From positions 1 through 64,000 of the forward strand of contig KZ538008.1 in NCBI GenBank assembly GCA_000934665.2: DNA of 64,000 nucleotides, in the 5' to 3' direction. The position numbers and the translations under genes are program-made. The notes below the pieces were generated by a model. It searched no databases, was not told the origin of the DNA, and worked only from the letters and a program-made list of their open reading frames with translations. Position 1 is the stretch's first letter; the number at the start of each line of letters is the position of its first letter. This document shows, in pieces, positions 12,601 through 26,700 of the stretch. Source of the DNA: Catajapyx aquilonaris (taxonomy: Eukaryota).

Positions 12601-15600
12601 CCCGCATCTTATGATCCGAACCATGTAAACACTTCAAGAGGGCCTCTCTCATCACGGCCCCAAAATTGGCACCCAACTCTCTGTAATTATCAGGCCACTT
12701 GGGACCAGATGAGGCCATGACATTTCTGCGAAACACAGCCCAAAGTTTAATGACTCGGGGGGGCAAATTTCCATCCTGCAGGGAGGATTAAACGCCGGAT
12801 CTAGATCCCCATCCTATTTTTGATCCCTTTTTTGCACCCGAAATGGGCCATGTTTCGCACTAAAACTGGGACGGTTAAGACCGTTGACATAATCGCACGT
12901 TGTGCCGAAAGTCATGCACCATTTTGTAAATTCCTTTCGGGGGAAAAGCCCCATAACACGGTCCAATTTCCCGACAAATTGTCCTCGGAATTAACCGCCG
13001 GAGTAGGCAATAAGATGGTGACAACTCTAGAAGAAAAAATGGCACACCCTGTGCGTATTCCCATCGGAATAAGTCGATTCGAAGAAGTAGGCGGAATAAT
13101 AAAAAATTGCCTATACTATACGTGCCCCCTCTCCATCACTGTCAGAAAGCGAGAGCGCTTACTGTAGACTCCGGCACTAAAGTTCCCGTATTATTACTTT
13201 TCCCTCCTGCATTCTAGGCAGCAGATACATTGGCTGGAGCTGACGATTTACACTTTCCAGCGCGACACTTGTCCTACGTCGCGCCAACTTCCTGACACCA
13301 CCCATTGATTTACGCGCTAAAAAAAATTCAGCTAGTCACTCAACAATCTGAAACTCCTAGAGTTGAAGCGATTGCACAAGTCACTCAGCTAGATGGCGTT
13401 GAGGCAAGTTCTGAGAGGCTACCAGCTTGTAGCCAGTCCTCGGTTGAGGCTATCATTCTGATTAAAATGAACTCGATGATTCTAATCACTGATTAGCCTG
13501 GAAGAACAGCCTTAAGCACGGTCTGATAGAAAAAAAAAACCAACCAAGTGCTGACCAATTTTCATACTGGATGGGAATGATTAGTCGTAAACCCAATTAG
13601 GGTACATGGGAAGCGCTTAATGTGCTTTCACTCAATTACGGACATGGACGAGTGGGTGGAATGGGCGGGACGGGGCCAACTCTCACCCGCTGTTCCTACA
13701 ACATGAATCGATAGACTCTAAAATGGTGATTAACTCGCCAACATCCCCGGACCCGCACCACTAGTGCACCTGAGTCACACCCACCGAACCCCCCTGTCAC
13801 TGTGGGGGTTTTTACCAGGACGTGCGCGAACTGCGGCCACGAGGCAAGTGAACGATGAAAACCGGGGACGTGCAGCCACCAGGGGGGTATGGAAGCAGCA
13901 GGGACCCCGGATAAAAAGTAAGGGCGGGTTGTCATGGCAACTGCTTTTCCACGTGACGCTGGCAGGGGAGGAAGATTTGACGAGGGTTGGCAGCCAAGAG
14001 AAAGGAGGGCGAATTGACTTCTTTCACAGCAGAGGCCAACTGCCAGTTAAAACTTAACTATCAACACAACTGTCACCGCACGAAACAGTCTCTGCCACCA
14101 TCAAATGATATATTATTATGTTTCTCAAATTCTGCCAATCCAAACTTATGGAAATTTCCTCGATCAGATGAGCTTACTGCATGGCCATGCAACAGTAAAC
14201 AGCCTTTTGCATGGCATGCACTAGATTGCAATCTGATATATGGAAGCGATATCGCGCCGAAACGCCGCGAGTAAAAGCAGGTTAATGTTTGATTATGAGG
14301 CATGTTGAGCAACGCCCGGTAATACTACGCCCCGAGTAGATTGGACCTATATTATGACCCACTTACCTATAACCTATCGCGATCCGCGTGCCTTTGCGAT
14401 ATCCACCTATACTTAAGCCTGTTTAAGACCACAATCAGTCAAAAGGTGGTAGGAACAAATCTCAAGCATCGAGACAGCCTGACCTCGAACACCCACTCAA
14501 TTAGTGCCCAATTCCAACTTCCAACCCCGTATCTAACCCAAGAATCGATTCCAGTTAACACACCCCCGAACCTCCCATTACCACCGCTCACAATAGTCCT
14601 CTCCTTCTCTCACAGTACATAACATTGCACTCGGTCGCTCCCCAAAGTCTCTAGCGATTTACCCGCCAAAAAATTATATAGCCCCCTCGGATATCCTGAT
14701 CAGTATGCATCCCGGATGACTGCTCCGCTCGGCTTGTTCGTCAACTTGATTCTAGTTGTGCAAATGGCCACTTGGCATTCTTGGAAGCCGGGGCATAAAA
14801 ATTCCTTGTACATTAGCGAATGTGCATAGCTTCGGCCGTGTATGTTTGGGGCGGGCCAACCCCCCAAAATCAATGAGGGTGTGGAGTGTGACTGCCAGAT
14901 GGCCTCCCCGGATGTTTCAAAGGGAGCCGGGGCTAAACCGCTTCCGCTCTCTGTTGTGCAGCGGGCGAACCACAAACGGAGCTATCCTATTCGCTCTACA
15001 TGCGTATGGCTGCCGCTAGAGCACTTCATGGGACAAAATCGGGACAGGTAGATCATGGTCTTGCCGGTGCGGGACATCAGGGGGACAAAGGCTGCTATTT
15101 GATGTGGATTGGTTGGGAATGTCGAGTCTTGTCATGTCATGTGCGTAAAAGTGCCTTGGAGACATGCTATTGTATAGGTGTATTACTATCATTACTTGAG
15201 CAAATTGTTCAATTGAGAGATATCTCCCTTGATCGGTGTCAGCTGTCAGGGAACAACCTCACTAAATATTAACGCAATCTGTGCCGACACAAATATTTCT
15301 TCTGATCTTATACAGGCCACGGTGTCAGGCTCAGAAATAACACTGGGAATGGTCAAGTTGAACAAAATGCTAGTAAATTCTCTATTGGCTTATTCCCATG
15401 CCAGACACATCCCTTCCCTGAACTGGTTTACAGTGAGGCTACAGTATAATCTAATAGAGTAAATTCTGCCTCTAATGGACAGTGGATACTACAAGGTAAA
15501 CTTGCTTGGTCCCGGTGCGGCGCGGCGCGGCGGAGGATTTTCGGTGTATTTCTGTATAGTACACAATTAAGAGTTTCAAAGACTGGGTTACTTGAAAATG

Positions 15601-18567
15601 TTTTACAACCCAGGGATTGAATAAATTATCACATGCTCATATAGCACTATATGCCCTGCATTGTTCGAAGAGTACATTTTACGTAAGCAAACCTTGTTAC
15701 AACCCCATATCCGCTCAATTCGTAATAATGTGCCTACTGCCGCGCCTGCACTGATTAGGTCTACTACCACGTTAATTTGCACATATTCAAAATGATGAAA
15801 GGCACCACCGGATCACACCGCTAGCAACACTCCAATATTGCACCAGCCCAGAAATACCACTACAGTACAACCGCAATTTATTCACGCCTGACAATATTCT
15901 CTATGCACCCACACAATATCCACACACCTATATGGGGGGAAAAAAAGTCCGAAAGCAATGCACTCCCGGGTGCAGTTCAGCTGAAAGTTGCGGTTAGTTG
16001 GACTAATTATGTCGTCACAGGAACCCGAGTCAAGGCCTGCTAAAGACAAGCCCATGCACATCACTGCACACTAAATAATGATACGCACATAATCCCAGCG
16101 CCCTTTTGTGCTAGAAGCAAGTGAGGGGGCAAGGAAAATCCTGGTATTATTTCCCCACTGGAAAAGGGCAGGCCAAGCGCCAGAAAAATACTGGGGGACA
16201 TGCAGTATTTCCTGGTTTGGTGTCAGACGTTATAGATTAAATCCCAATGTGCCAGGGCTTAGTGGTCATTTCGGTGGCTTTTTGGCGGACACACCGCAAG
16301 ATTTACTCTGGAACGATAGACTGTGGTGACACTGGGATAAAATCAGCAGGATAAAGGGAGGGGGCGAAAAAACTGTACAGCAAACGGCCCACTTCCCTGA
16401 TTTACTATCAGAGACAAACTAGTAAACGAGACGCTTGATAATTCCGGTCATACACTACCGCTATGTTGCTTGTAGGCAGCCTATAAATTGGATCGGGTTA
16501 GCGGCCAGGGGTGTTACCAATACGTGCGTTATCAGGACTGGCCGGGGTGTATCAAACTTTCGATATCGCATACCGTCGATTTTTTAAAAAAGAAGTCGAT
16601 GAACCCCATCGACAATATTTGCAGCAAGACGGTATTTTTTTAAAAAAGGTGGAATGATGGCTATAAAAAATGAGCACCAATTTAACTCTTAGGTACAGCA
16701 CGATATTAAATCCACTCTTGTGCACCTCACCTCCAGTAACAAGTTCAGATTTTCCCCAATTTCCAGCCTCCTCCGGACTGGCTAAGAAAATCCACAGGCT
16801 CTCCCTTTACAGCTTGGAATGTTTCCAGGACGAGCTCGAAACAGGAGAAATTACTCCGGAGCTTTGAACAAATTCCCTGCAAACTTTCCAGGCGAGGACC
16901 TTGGTGGGGCGCCACAATTCCAGACCAGAACCCAGTCTCGATTTTCCCAATACCGAGGGTCTACCAAACGCCACATGTCCTTCCAACCTCCATCACCCAA
17001 CTGAAATTGTTCCGAACTGTGCCTTATTTTCAAAAACTTTTTTTTCCCCCCCACTCTACAACCAACGATGCCTGATGGTTAATTCAGAGGTGCCGATCGG
17101 TTGGTCGATACCGCGTAATTGATAGGGATTAAAAATTAACGCGAGTCAACTGTTCATGCCCTGCATTATTTGCCGTGATGACAACCAATCCGCGGGAATT
17201 TCCAAAAAATGGTTCGAACCTGCTGAAAAACATTAGCCATTTCGCCAGCTATATTAATTCTCCCCTTCCTGAGCTTCCAACATGCATTACGAAACACTAC
17301 CTAGCACTGGCCGGCGAGCAACCCAGTATATCTAACCCACACAAAAAAAATAGTTGAACCCATCCATAGCAGACCCTCCCGGGCAGCTGGTGCATTGGGG
17401 CCTAACAGAATGGACCCCACCATCCCTCCGAAAACAATGCCCCTCCCACGCGATTCAATAACTCCGGCAGGGAACGCGGCGAATTAGCCAATAAATTAGC
17501 GCCCTGGCCCAAAGGCGAAGCCCGAATGCACACACACTACACTCTACCCGGTAACACAAAAAGTTCCTTTCGTCTTCCCCAACATATTTGTCCCCTCCCC
17601 TTTTCTGCATGTAATGTATGAGACCACCATATATCCGCTCCACTCACTATTCGTCCTCGCCACGTCCGAGCATGTACTACACAGACCATTAACCGGGCTA
17701 AAACATGCAGGAGTTTTCAGAAAAATTTTGGTTTAATTTTCCCACACGCTTGCCATACAAAAAAAAAAAAAGTGGTCATGAACCAGCAGACATGGCCAGT
17801 TCAAAAATTTAGCCGCGACTTCCGCAAGTTGCATGCGCTTTCTGTTAAATGCTAGTTGGTCAAAGGTCCTGAAGAATTACCAGGGAAAGGTCATCAGAGT
17901 TTGAAACCTGTAATCAAATCACGTCACTTAATTCCCTGTAATAAATTTGCATGATCCGCGTGGGTCGAAATGGCCCTACAGTCACTTCAAACAAGCTCAC
18001 GTATATGTGGTAAATTATTTCACAGCCTATTAGGTTTAATTATGACACTGTATGTACAGTAACCTTCATTATCCCCTGCGGTTCTATACCCTTAACGTAT
18101 AACTGCAAAAAAAAGTTTTGATGACAGATACACCTCCCCAGGGCGAACGCTGCTCAAAAAGTACAACAACTGCATCAGGAACAATTATGTAGTTTTGCTC
18201 AGGTAAATATTAAACAGTAACAGTTATAACTAGAAAACTGTGCACTTCCAAGAAATGTCATCGACAAAAATAACTTTCGAGAAAAGTGTATAGTGTCTTG
18301 GTCTTCTCTGGAACCTTCTCTCGTGATTGTGATATATCACCGCGTCGTCGCCCTGGGCGGACAGCGCCTTCGTCTAGGCCCATATGCAAATCGCAGGGAT
18401 TTGTTCTATTGCTGGGCGGGTTGCGAATGGTTAGTCCCTCGCCCGACAGGGAATGAAAGGTGGGGTTTAGCTTCCCATCGAGTCTTTGGTTACTTGCCCT
18501 CTTGACATTTAACTCATGTCACCTGAATTTCTTACGCCACAGTAAAAGTCGATTCGTTTGAAATACT

Positions 18568-18606
18568 TATATTTGTATATCGAAGATATATTTTGTATAT
18601 CGAAGA
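18568..18606. repeat. Short tandem duplication (tatattt(t)gtatatcgaaga x2), possibly within a small DNA-transposon/MITE relic
   Basis: Two adjacent near-identical 19/20-nt units visible directly. Confidence 0.7.
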
Positions 18607-19349
18607 ATCTCCGGTAACTGCGAATTTGACACTATAGTGAACAACTAAACTGGTGCTACTCTTCTGGTATTCAGAGCAGAGATTCCACAGACTCAAATAT
18701 TTATTTGCCAGAAAAGTAAGCTAAGACGGCCAAGAGGAACTACAAACCGTGAAGCTCCTGAAGATTTACAATTTAAAAATCTTGCGACTCCTTCATGACT
18801 ACAGTCGATTCATTCTTTAGTTTCCTCAGCTGTATGCATTAAATCCGATAACTTTTTTTGAGTCAATTTTCCCATTAATTCACGCTCGAATGACACATAA
18901 CACGACGCATTAAAAACTCTGACTTCATAAACATGTAACAGCAATGTTTCCTTGAGGGAATATGCAAATTATGCAAATTCAAAACACCGGAAATTACACG
19001 CTGACTGACCCAGATAATTATCTATTCATTACCGTTTCAACAAAACGCAATTAATTTCGGGAGTGATGTAGTTTTAAACCTGGATGGGCGTGCACTAGAA
19101 AACAGCCAGTGGATACAATTATTTGTTTATCCGTTTAAAACACCAGCTTTGGCACGCGCGATTTCAGATTTCCGCCCCCTCTGAATGTGCTTGCAACCGA
19201 AAAAAGCGTCACATCTCTCCCCAAAATATTCCCACTTTCTCGCCCCCGAAAAAAATCCGGATCTAGACCCAGCCTAGATTTCCCGCCTCAATCCATTTGG
19301 CGGGGAGAGAAGGCTGGGCAATTTCTAGTGGGTGGGGTGCTAGGGTGGG

Positions 19350-19750
19350 TAGAGAGAGAGAGAGATACGATAACACCCTTGCCAGCCAGCCCGTGCAATC
19401 CTCTTAGGGGCCAAGCCAGGGCCCCCCCGAAGACCCCGGGGGATCAACAGGATAATGCTGTGGGAATTCCTAAGTCCCCACTGAGGCTCCCACCCAACAT
19501 CCCCCCTACCAAATTTCATTGCAGACTCCCCTCCATCCCCCAGTCATACTCCAGACCAACTCTTTAGATATGGGTCCCTCGGGCGCCTCCATTTTCAACG
19601 CCACTCTAAGGCCTCTCCTTCCTTTTTTTTATGCATTTCTTCTAGGTGCCAGAATGTGCTGAGAGAGGATGTCGTGACTTGAAGTGAAGTATTCCCACCC
19701 CTAGGCCCGTCCTTAAAATTAACGAGTCCAGTCACCCGCAGTGGTCAAGG
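19350..19750 (-). mobile_element. Possible LINE 3' end relic with (TC)n tail
   Basis: Minus strand ends in ctctctctctctc after a degenerate ELVWS (cf. HxxWEC) segment; weak. Confidence 0.25.
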
Positions 19751-21949
19751 TGCCAACTTCATTCGGCTGTCACTGATGTCTTCCTGGTAACGAGTAAAAT
19801 GAATTTTATTGGACGCTTTCAGAGCTGCAGTTCGTGGCAGAATGAATAGGAAAAAGTTGCAGAACATCACGCTCAAACTATGATTTCCGCAATTTCGGAA
19901 TAGCAGGTAAAAAAAAACTGACAAGTGAGTTTTACTTTTGAAACCGATATTATAGTAAAAATCATGCCGAAAAAATGGGTTGAATTTTCCAGACAGATCA
20001 ATATTACAAAAACCAGAAACAATGTCTCATTGTTGATGAAGCCTATAGTGTGCAAAAAGTGTCCCATTCAAGCCATGACCGATCCAAGCTGGAATTTCAT
20101 AATACGTTCAAAGACCCTTCTCTGAATGTCATTAACCCAGTCTAACATACTCTCATCGTGTTAATATTATTTCACAAAACAGGTCCACGGGTATAGCGGC
20201 TACCATCAGCTGCAGGGCTCAATTATTCGTATCTCAAACTCTATGTCAACATCTTTATATTATTTTATAACTCTGGCCGTATAGTCTGGCGTGTTATTAT
20301 TAGACGGTTATAAGTTATAACTGAACGTATATGCGCAAATGGGTGAATTTTCCATCTACGTGGTATGTGTAAAAACTTCCGCGAAAATATTCAGAGTTCA
20401 AATAGCCGCACTTTCCTTCTCCAGAGTATACATGATTTTCCAACGATTAAACTAATGCATGCGTAATAACGGTTACGGCTGTTTCAGCAGTCAGCTGTTA
20501 ATTCCCGAGTTTTTACACGCATATCTACTCATATGGTTTTCAATTCAGGTACCCGTTCTCTCTTCAGACATATTTGGTAATAATCCAGATAACGTTCAGA
20601 TATACCCTAAGGGCAAGTGTGCCTATATCGGAAAAAAATATAAATTCGCCGAAACCCCCCCCCCCCNCTAACTGTTGCATATAAGTTCCATTTCCGATGT
20701 CATATTAACCACAGCCACCATTGACCTCGTAAACAAACAATATATTTTTAAAAAAAAACCTTGTATTCCAATCTTATGGTGAAGCCTATTATCCCAACGA
20801 GGTCATAAAGTGTAAAGTAGACATTCACAATACGAAATGGAATTTTACATTTCTCATAAACCTAAGCACATATTGCAGGAATTCTGTAGGCTGCATGAAA
20901 CACGAGAATGTTTTATTGGTTTTAAAAGAAAGGACACCACGTAATATTTCAACTTACACCACTATAGCCCACCAGAGGCCTGCACAGGTTTTATGGCAGC
21001 GATGTTCCCGCTTTCACTAGGAATTAAACCCCAGTTTAAAATTATTAACATTCGAATAATGCCAGCAAATGAGATGTCACAACCATACGAACTGCATTAC
21101 TAACTGAAACACCACATCAAAATACGCTCCTCGAACCAATGCACGATACATGCTTGCCATGTAAAATTAAACATGCCCTGCAACCATTTCCTACAAAAAA
21201 CGATAAAAACCCGCCGTTACAATGAAAAACGGCATTATTTGATCCCCACTTACTAGATATGATAGTTACGACCACTCCCTGTCGATCAATAACTGTCCGC
21301 CCTTTTGACAACTGTTACAGCATTAAACATGACAGTCGCGTTATTAAATACACAACTGGGAGGGGGGATTCAAATAAAAAAAAGAGAACCGGACATTTTA
21401 TTGCACCCCATTAATGCAGCGTGTGAATGGTTCAAATGGGGACGCAACTAATTATCACAAGAAACATTATGTGCTGGTTGTGTACACATTACGACTCCTC
21501 TTGTGCCACATTTTCGAAATATTCGTGAAACTTCCACATTTACGAACATGCTGTAAACTGAAGTACTAAAGCAAGCCTACATGAAGACCCTGCAGAGGTG
21601 GCTTTTTCGTTCAACAAAATAAGGAGAGAAAAAATGGATCTCGATTGGAAGAGGCTTCCTAAGCTTTCCTATCCAGGAACTTGATCTTAACTTGGTCGCT
21701 AATCCCTTCAGAGTACAATAGCGCCTCGGGTCGTATCTCCTGTCCCTTTGTCCCCTCCGTCAAATTAGGAGCTGACTGGGTGTACTTTTCAAAAGACATC
21801 GCAAAAAATAAGTCCAGATCGAACAGTATTGCTTTTCAAAACCTGTTATGCCACTTTGCTAGTCACGCCGGGAAAAGAAAAATACCAAATCCCCTAATAC
21901 CACCAATTCTGCTGGAACCGCAACCCTGACATGTTTTCCGCCCGAACAA

Positions 21950-22780
21950 ATCTGCATATCCCCTAACTTTGACGACCAAACCTTTTTTTTTTGTCCCATC
22001 CCAGAAAACGAGTCCATTCCATTATTAGCTCCTTTTTTCCAGCCTTATCGTCAACCCACTCCCAGACCTTCAATTTCGGTAATGAATCTAGGGCCTTGCA
22101 ATTTGCTTGAGTGTTCTTTAGTTAAAGCGGAGCAGATTTAAAAAAAAAATTGTCGACCATCCCACCCACTCAAACGAACTCATATACTTTTCACACCTTC
22201 GAATCCCCGCCTCTAATCCTCCCTCTTAATTCCCACGTGATAATCCCCTTCTGCCACCATTGTTCTATTCCCACAGCATTGGGAGAGCCTTTGGGCTTCC
22301 CGCACAAACAATTCTCTTCCGCTCCGAGTCCCCGAAACAGCACGGTTCCTGTCGGACGAATTGACAAAGATGGGATTAAGTGTTCCAGATCTTCCGGAAG
22401 TTCGAGCGCCGCCGACAGGCATCAAAGCAACAAGATCGCATAATCAAATTGGAGTTCTTATCCGGCAGATCAAACTCTCTAGAGGTAAGCTCTAGGGTCG
22501 GAAATCCACTAGTTTTTTTTCTGTACTACCAACAGATGGCGTTCAGCCTCTACCGTCATATACTGGCCTAAAATCGCCAAACTTGCAGCGGTTACTTATG
22601 CCCCACGTACTCCCACGTCTCCAACTCTGACAATGGCCTACCCCACGTCGTGACAAAAAAAATCCTCCACCGCAGTCGCAGGTGGTCCGTAGAGAGCTGC
22701 GGAACGGAAAAGTAATTTTTCCCAGCTTCCCTCAGGCATGTCCTCCAGGATGGCCCTGAATATTCATTAGACCTATCTAT
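21950..22780 (-). mobile_element. Decayed LINE apurinic-like endonuclease (EEP) fragment
   Basis: Ordered degenerate motifs LMNIQG (cf. xNxQG), LETW (cf. ETW/ETH), TMVAEGDYHV (cf. GDFN), RCEKYMS (cf. KCEGxxTW); interrupted by stops and frameshifts. Confidence 0.4.
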
Positions 22781-24795
22781 CTTGGGACCCCCCGTGGCGT
22801 GCAGGAGGGAGATTATTACCCAATAGCTCGTTCTGGAATCCGCAATCCCAGAAAAAAAAAGAAGGCTCGCTAAAGTGGATTCGGATTTTCCAACTGCTGC
22901 CTGCCTAGCTCAACTAAATATATTATTTTATTCTCAGGACCCCTTTTTAAAAACCAGGTTTAATTCCTCTGCCATTCACCAGACTTATGATTGCATCAAA
23001 CAGTCCCATGGCAACACTGCCTCACCGATTGGTTCTAGCCGCATTATCAAGCTGGATTTACAGCCACTGGCTTACAATTCCCAGTCGCAAAAAAGTACAA
23101 TGCAGTCTTAAGAAGTCAGGAGGCAGTTCCGGAACATGGGATGAGCCCGGAACATTCTTGCAGCAGCGATTAACAACCGCACAATGGAGGTATTGTTGCC
23201 AGTTATTTTCCTACATAAAACCGGGCCTATACAATGTGCCTTCTCGTTGTTCGCCCTACAGTAAACCGGCTCATCACGTAATGAAAACGCAGCCAGATTT
23301 TTATCCGGGGGTTGATGGTCCAGACGCTCATCCCCGGGCTGCGATCCCGCCGTCTTTTATTACCTCCACGGCTTTCCTTCAAACCAACCTTGATGAACCC
23401 CCTCCCTGTTTAATGTCTATTCCGTTTGAATAGCAACGACGCTCTTTCTTCCTTGGGATGCGAGAACAATACCGATTCAATTCCGCCATTTTTCCCCCTT
23501 GGGCCTAAAACCCCACTTCATAACCGGACCCGAAAAGACTCAATTAAAGTTCCACCTCTTCCCAAGCCGTTTTACTACCTCCCAGACAAATCGGCAGTAT
23601 TTCCACCCTGCTTTATGACCGCCCCCGCGTGTGCAGTTACACCGTGTTGTGCCGATTTGCAAATTACAGTTTCGGCTGGTCCACTCCTCCAATTAGGTAA
23701 TGAATCTGTCATAATTCCCACCCGACTTGCAATTGGACACCTTCGTCCTCCAACGCGTGCAAAAAATAATATCTTTCAAGCGCAGAACACAATTTCGGCT
23801 CTATTCTCCTCCCCCCGGGCCATAAATGGACAACTGAACTGCTGATTCACCAGATGTTACATGGGAAGAAAGGACGTCCCGGAAAGCGAGAGACAGTAGG
23901 CCGGGCACCAAAAAAAAAAAAAACAAAAAAAAAAAACCTGGACTGGTTTTTAGCGGTAACGAATATCGATTTCCGTACTGAGACCACCACTCATGTTGTC
24001 GAGAGCGCATCCTCTCTCACAGCAGGACAACGATGAATTCAGCCTCCCACAAAAAACACTGTAAAAGAAGCCGTTCCACTAGTCGCAAGCGGTGACGTAA
24101 CCCACCGACAGATGCAGCCACTGCATATGGCCCACCAGTAGATGGCGCCACTGTACGTACAACGGTGGCGGAATCTACCGGTGTCGCATTGCAAAACCGA
24201 TGCAGGTGCAATAAATGTGAGGGTCGTGTGTATGACGGCGCGACGAATGTTGACGAGGCATGACTACGGGAAAATAAAGATACGGCAGGATCACCCTTTC
24301 AGCCTCGTTACCTGCCGTCTCGTGTTTCTTTTTAGCCCCAGTTGGCGCCTCTTTCGGGCCTATTCTCCAGGTTTTTTCTCTCTTCCTTCCCATTTTCCGC
24401 TACACACATCAGCCGTTTCTCGCTCCGGGGAACAAGACAAGCGAAGTGTGAGTTACGAGGTCCGCAACCGGATTTAACCGCCGCGATATTACGCTCTCCG
24501 TTACAACCTCTGCAGGGGGGGAAGAGAACCGGAGCCCCGGAATTAAATCACACCTGGCAAATTTAATGAAGCAAATGAGGTGTACGTGACGCCACAGGGA
24601 CACCTCGCTGTCAACTCGCAGCCTCCCCGGAGGTCAACCCAAGCCCGAGATTAGTCACGTTACAGGCCATAGGGGTATGTGACACTCTATTTCCAGCACT
24701 GAATCGGGGGTTTCAGCAGAGTGCCATACTTTCACAATCGGTTAACCTCTCGACCCAATGCACTTGTGCCCATCGGTCCTGAAAGAGCCACTTAC

Positions 24796-24929
24796 CTCAC
24801 TGTTGGAGATAGCAGCGACGATCGGATCTTCGGATTCCCACTTTTTGGCGATGCGGATTGTCTCTGCCGTCTTCTGCTGGATCGACTTGGAGTCGTCCAG
24901 CAACGTCAGCTCGTAGAATTCCTGGATAT
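24796..24929 (-). CDS. dlg1: dlg1 exon encoding C-terminal part of the L27 domain (phase 1-0): (D)IQEFYELTLLDDSKSIQQKTAETIRIAKKWESEDPIVAAISNSE
   Basis: Acceptor ccttctctctctcctgcag|AT and donor GAG|gtaagt; 134 nt. The peptide matches the Dlg L27 signature DIQEFYELTLLDDSKSIQQKTAET. Not shown in the ORF track in this frame. Confidence 0.97.
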
Positions 24930-25849
24930 CTGCAGGAGAGAGAGAAGGAAAAGTTCAAAGTTAGTCCAAGTTGCTCCAATCCCCTAGAGGGGGGTAGTCG
25001 AAAACCTCCAAAAAGCAAACCCCGGTGTAGTTGCCCTCCTTGCGAGCCTCCCATTACCTGGCTAATTTTCCCTCGCCCTCTGCTACAAGGCAACTCCCCT
25101 CAAGCTCGAGGGAGATTCGAAATTAAGAAACTCCGCATTATCGTATGAATATGCATGGCGCTTAAATTCAACCAATTAAGTCCGACGTCTTGCGATTAAT
25201 CTTTCAGCCACCCCCTCCCCCCTCTTCCCTGCTAACCCCCCTTCCCTAAGATGAGATCCTGCGAGCGAAGAAACTTCACTTCCGACTGCGCCAGCAGGAA
25301 TTCCAAATTACGACCACTGCCCTGAAAGTAATTGGTTGCCAAAGAGGGTCACGAGGGCGTTTGGCATTGACGACTGCCACACACCAGCCAGCCGCCTTCC
25401 CCCACCTCCCTGCACGGGGAGGCTCTCATTGGAATTTCAGTCCTTCTCAGGCACATGTCAGAAACATGGCGCGATTCGTTATTTTACTTGTTCATGCGCT
25501 TAACACTGCAAAAGACACTTACAAACTTTTCTCCGGGGGACACAAGCGTCTCTGTGTAATTTTCTTAACAACAGCTTTCTGTTGCTAGTATATAGCTACA
25601 AGAATAGCTGCCAGCCAGCAGTGTTTTGAATATGTGTAATTTAAGCCTATTGCAATTATTGCCTCAAGCGCAAAGCTTGGCTGTTAATGTATACCACATT
25701 ATAGGCTACTACAATATGAAAATAAATAAACAGAGGCAACTACTGCCTGGCTAGGAAGCTGGAACACATTGCATCGTCAAAAACATGTTCTCCCAAAATC
25801 GATCCAGAGACCCAATTGATTTTTGCATTTCCAAGCGATGACACTTCCT

Positions 25850-26700
25850 GGCTGCGGATTTACTACCGCGCGGAAAACGACGCGGAAATAAAGATAAGCA
25901 ACAGTGGCGCAGCAAAGAAACGTTTATGTTCCTCCCAAGAATAGCGGCTTCGTCGCAGTAAATTCAGCTCGGGAAATGGCCATCCCCATTATTCACTTTC
26001 TCTCCAACGCCCGATCCTTGTTCGGAGCAAACTTGTGGAAGCACCGGTTGGGTTAGATCCTCATCGCTTCCGGTGTCTCTTCCTGCACCTCAGACACACG
26101 ACCTTTTTCTCCCAGGTCGCAGGCCAGAAACCTCTTGGGAGAAAAAAAAAAAATCCATCCGGGCGCCATATCGTCGCAACTTTTGGAAAATATCCTCGAT
26201 GGGAATTTATCGCCGTGTCCCTTGGGGGGGTCCACTTGCCGGCAACAAAACCGGGGGGGGCCTCGTAATTTATAGTCCCAATTGACAAGATCGGACGCCG
26301 TGCGAATGTCCAGCAGTGTGCAGATTTCAATAGGGTGCCCATGCAAGGTCCTCGTGGATGGCCAGGTTCCGACACGCCCCCCTACACCCATTCCCAGGGA
26401 AATCCTTCTTTGTTCTTGACATCCATTTCAGATCGTGGCCAGCGCCGTCTCACAAATTACTTTCCGAAAGCCATATTTCCCGAGCGCACCAAATCCCACC
26501 ATAACAATAAAAAAGACGGTTCGCTTCCGAAACTTGGGGCCAAAATGCTCTCGCCTGACTGGAATTTTTTACGACGACAAAGCCCACTGTGCTTAAACTG
26601 CGTAGGTGCGCTTCCTTCATCAATACTGCACCACGTGTTCGTAAGCCGGAACTACGCGGTGCATAAAGTGCATCCAGCCGGTACTATTCCAATCCTTTAA
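25850..26700 (+). mobile_element. Decayed LINE ORF2 C-terminus (RNase H end + CCHC-type zinc finger)
   Basis: YRRVPWGGPLAGNKTG (cf. QWVPGHxGIAGNExAD) followed by SPLCLNCVGALPSSILHHVFVSRNY (cf. SPxCxxC..T..H.L..C..Y). Confidence 0.5.

Noticed and set aside
16850..17054. Possible gypsy integrase C-terminal remnant (FQLGD...VLVW)
   Set aside because: Single short motif, no supporting domains or LTRs seen.
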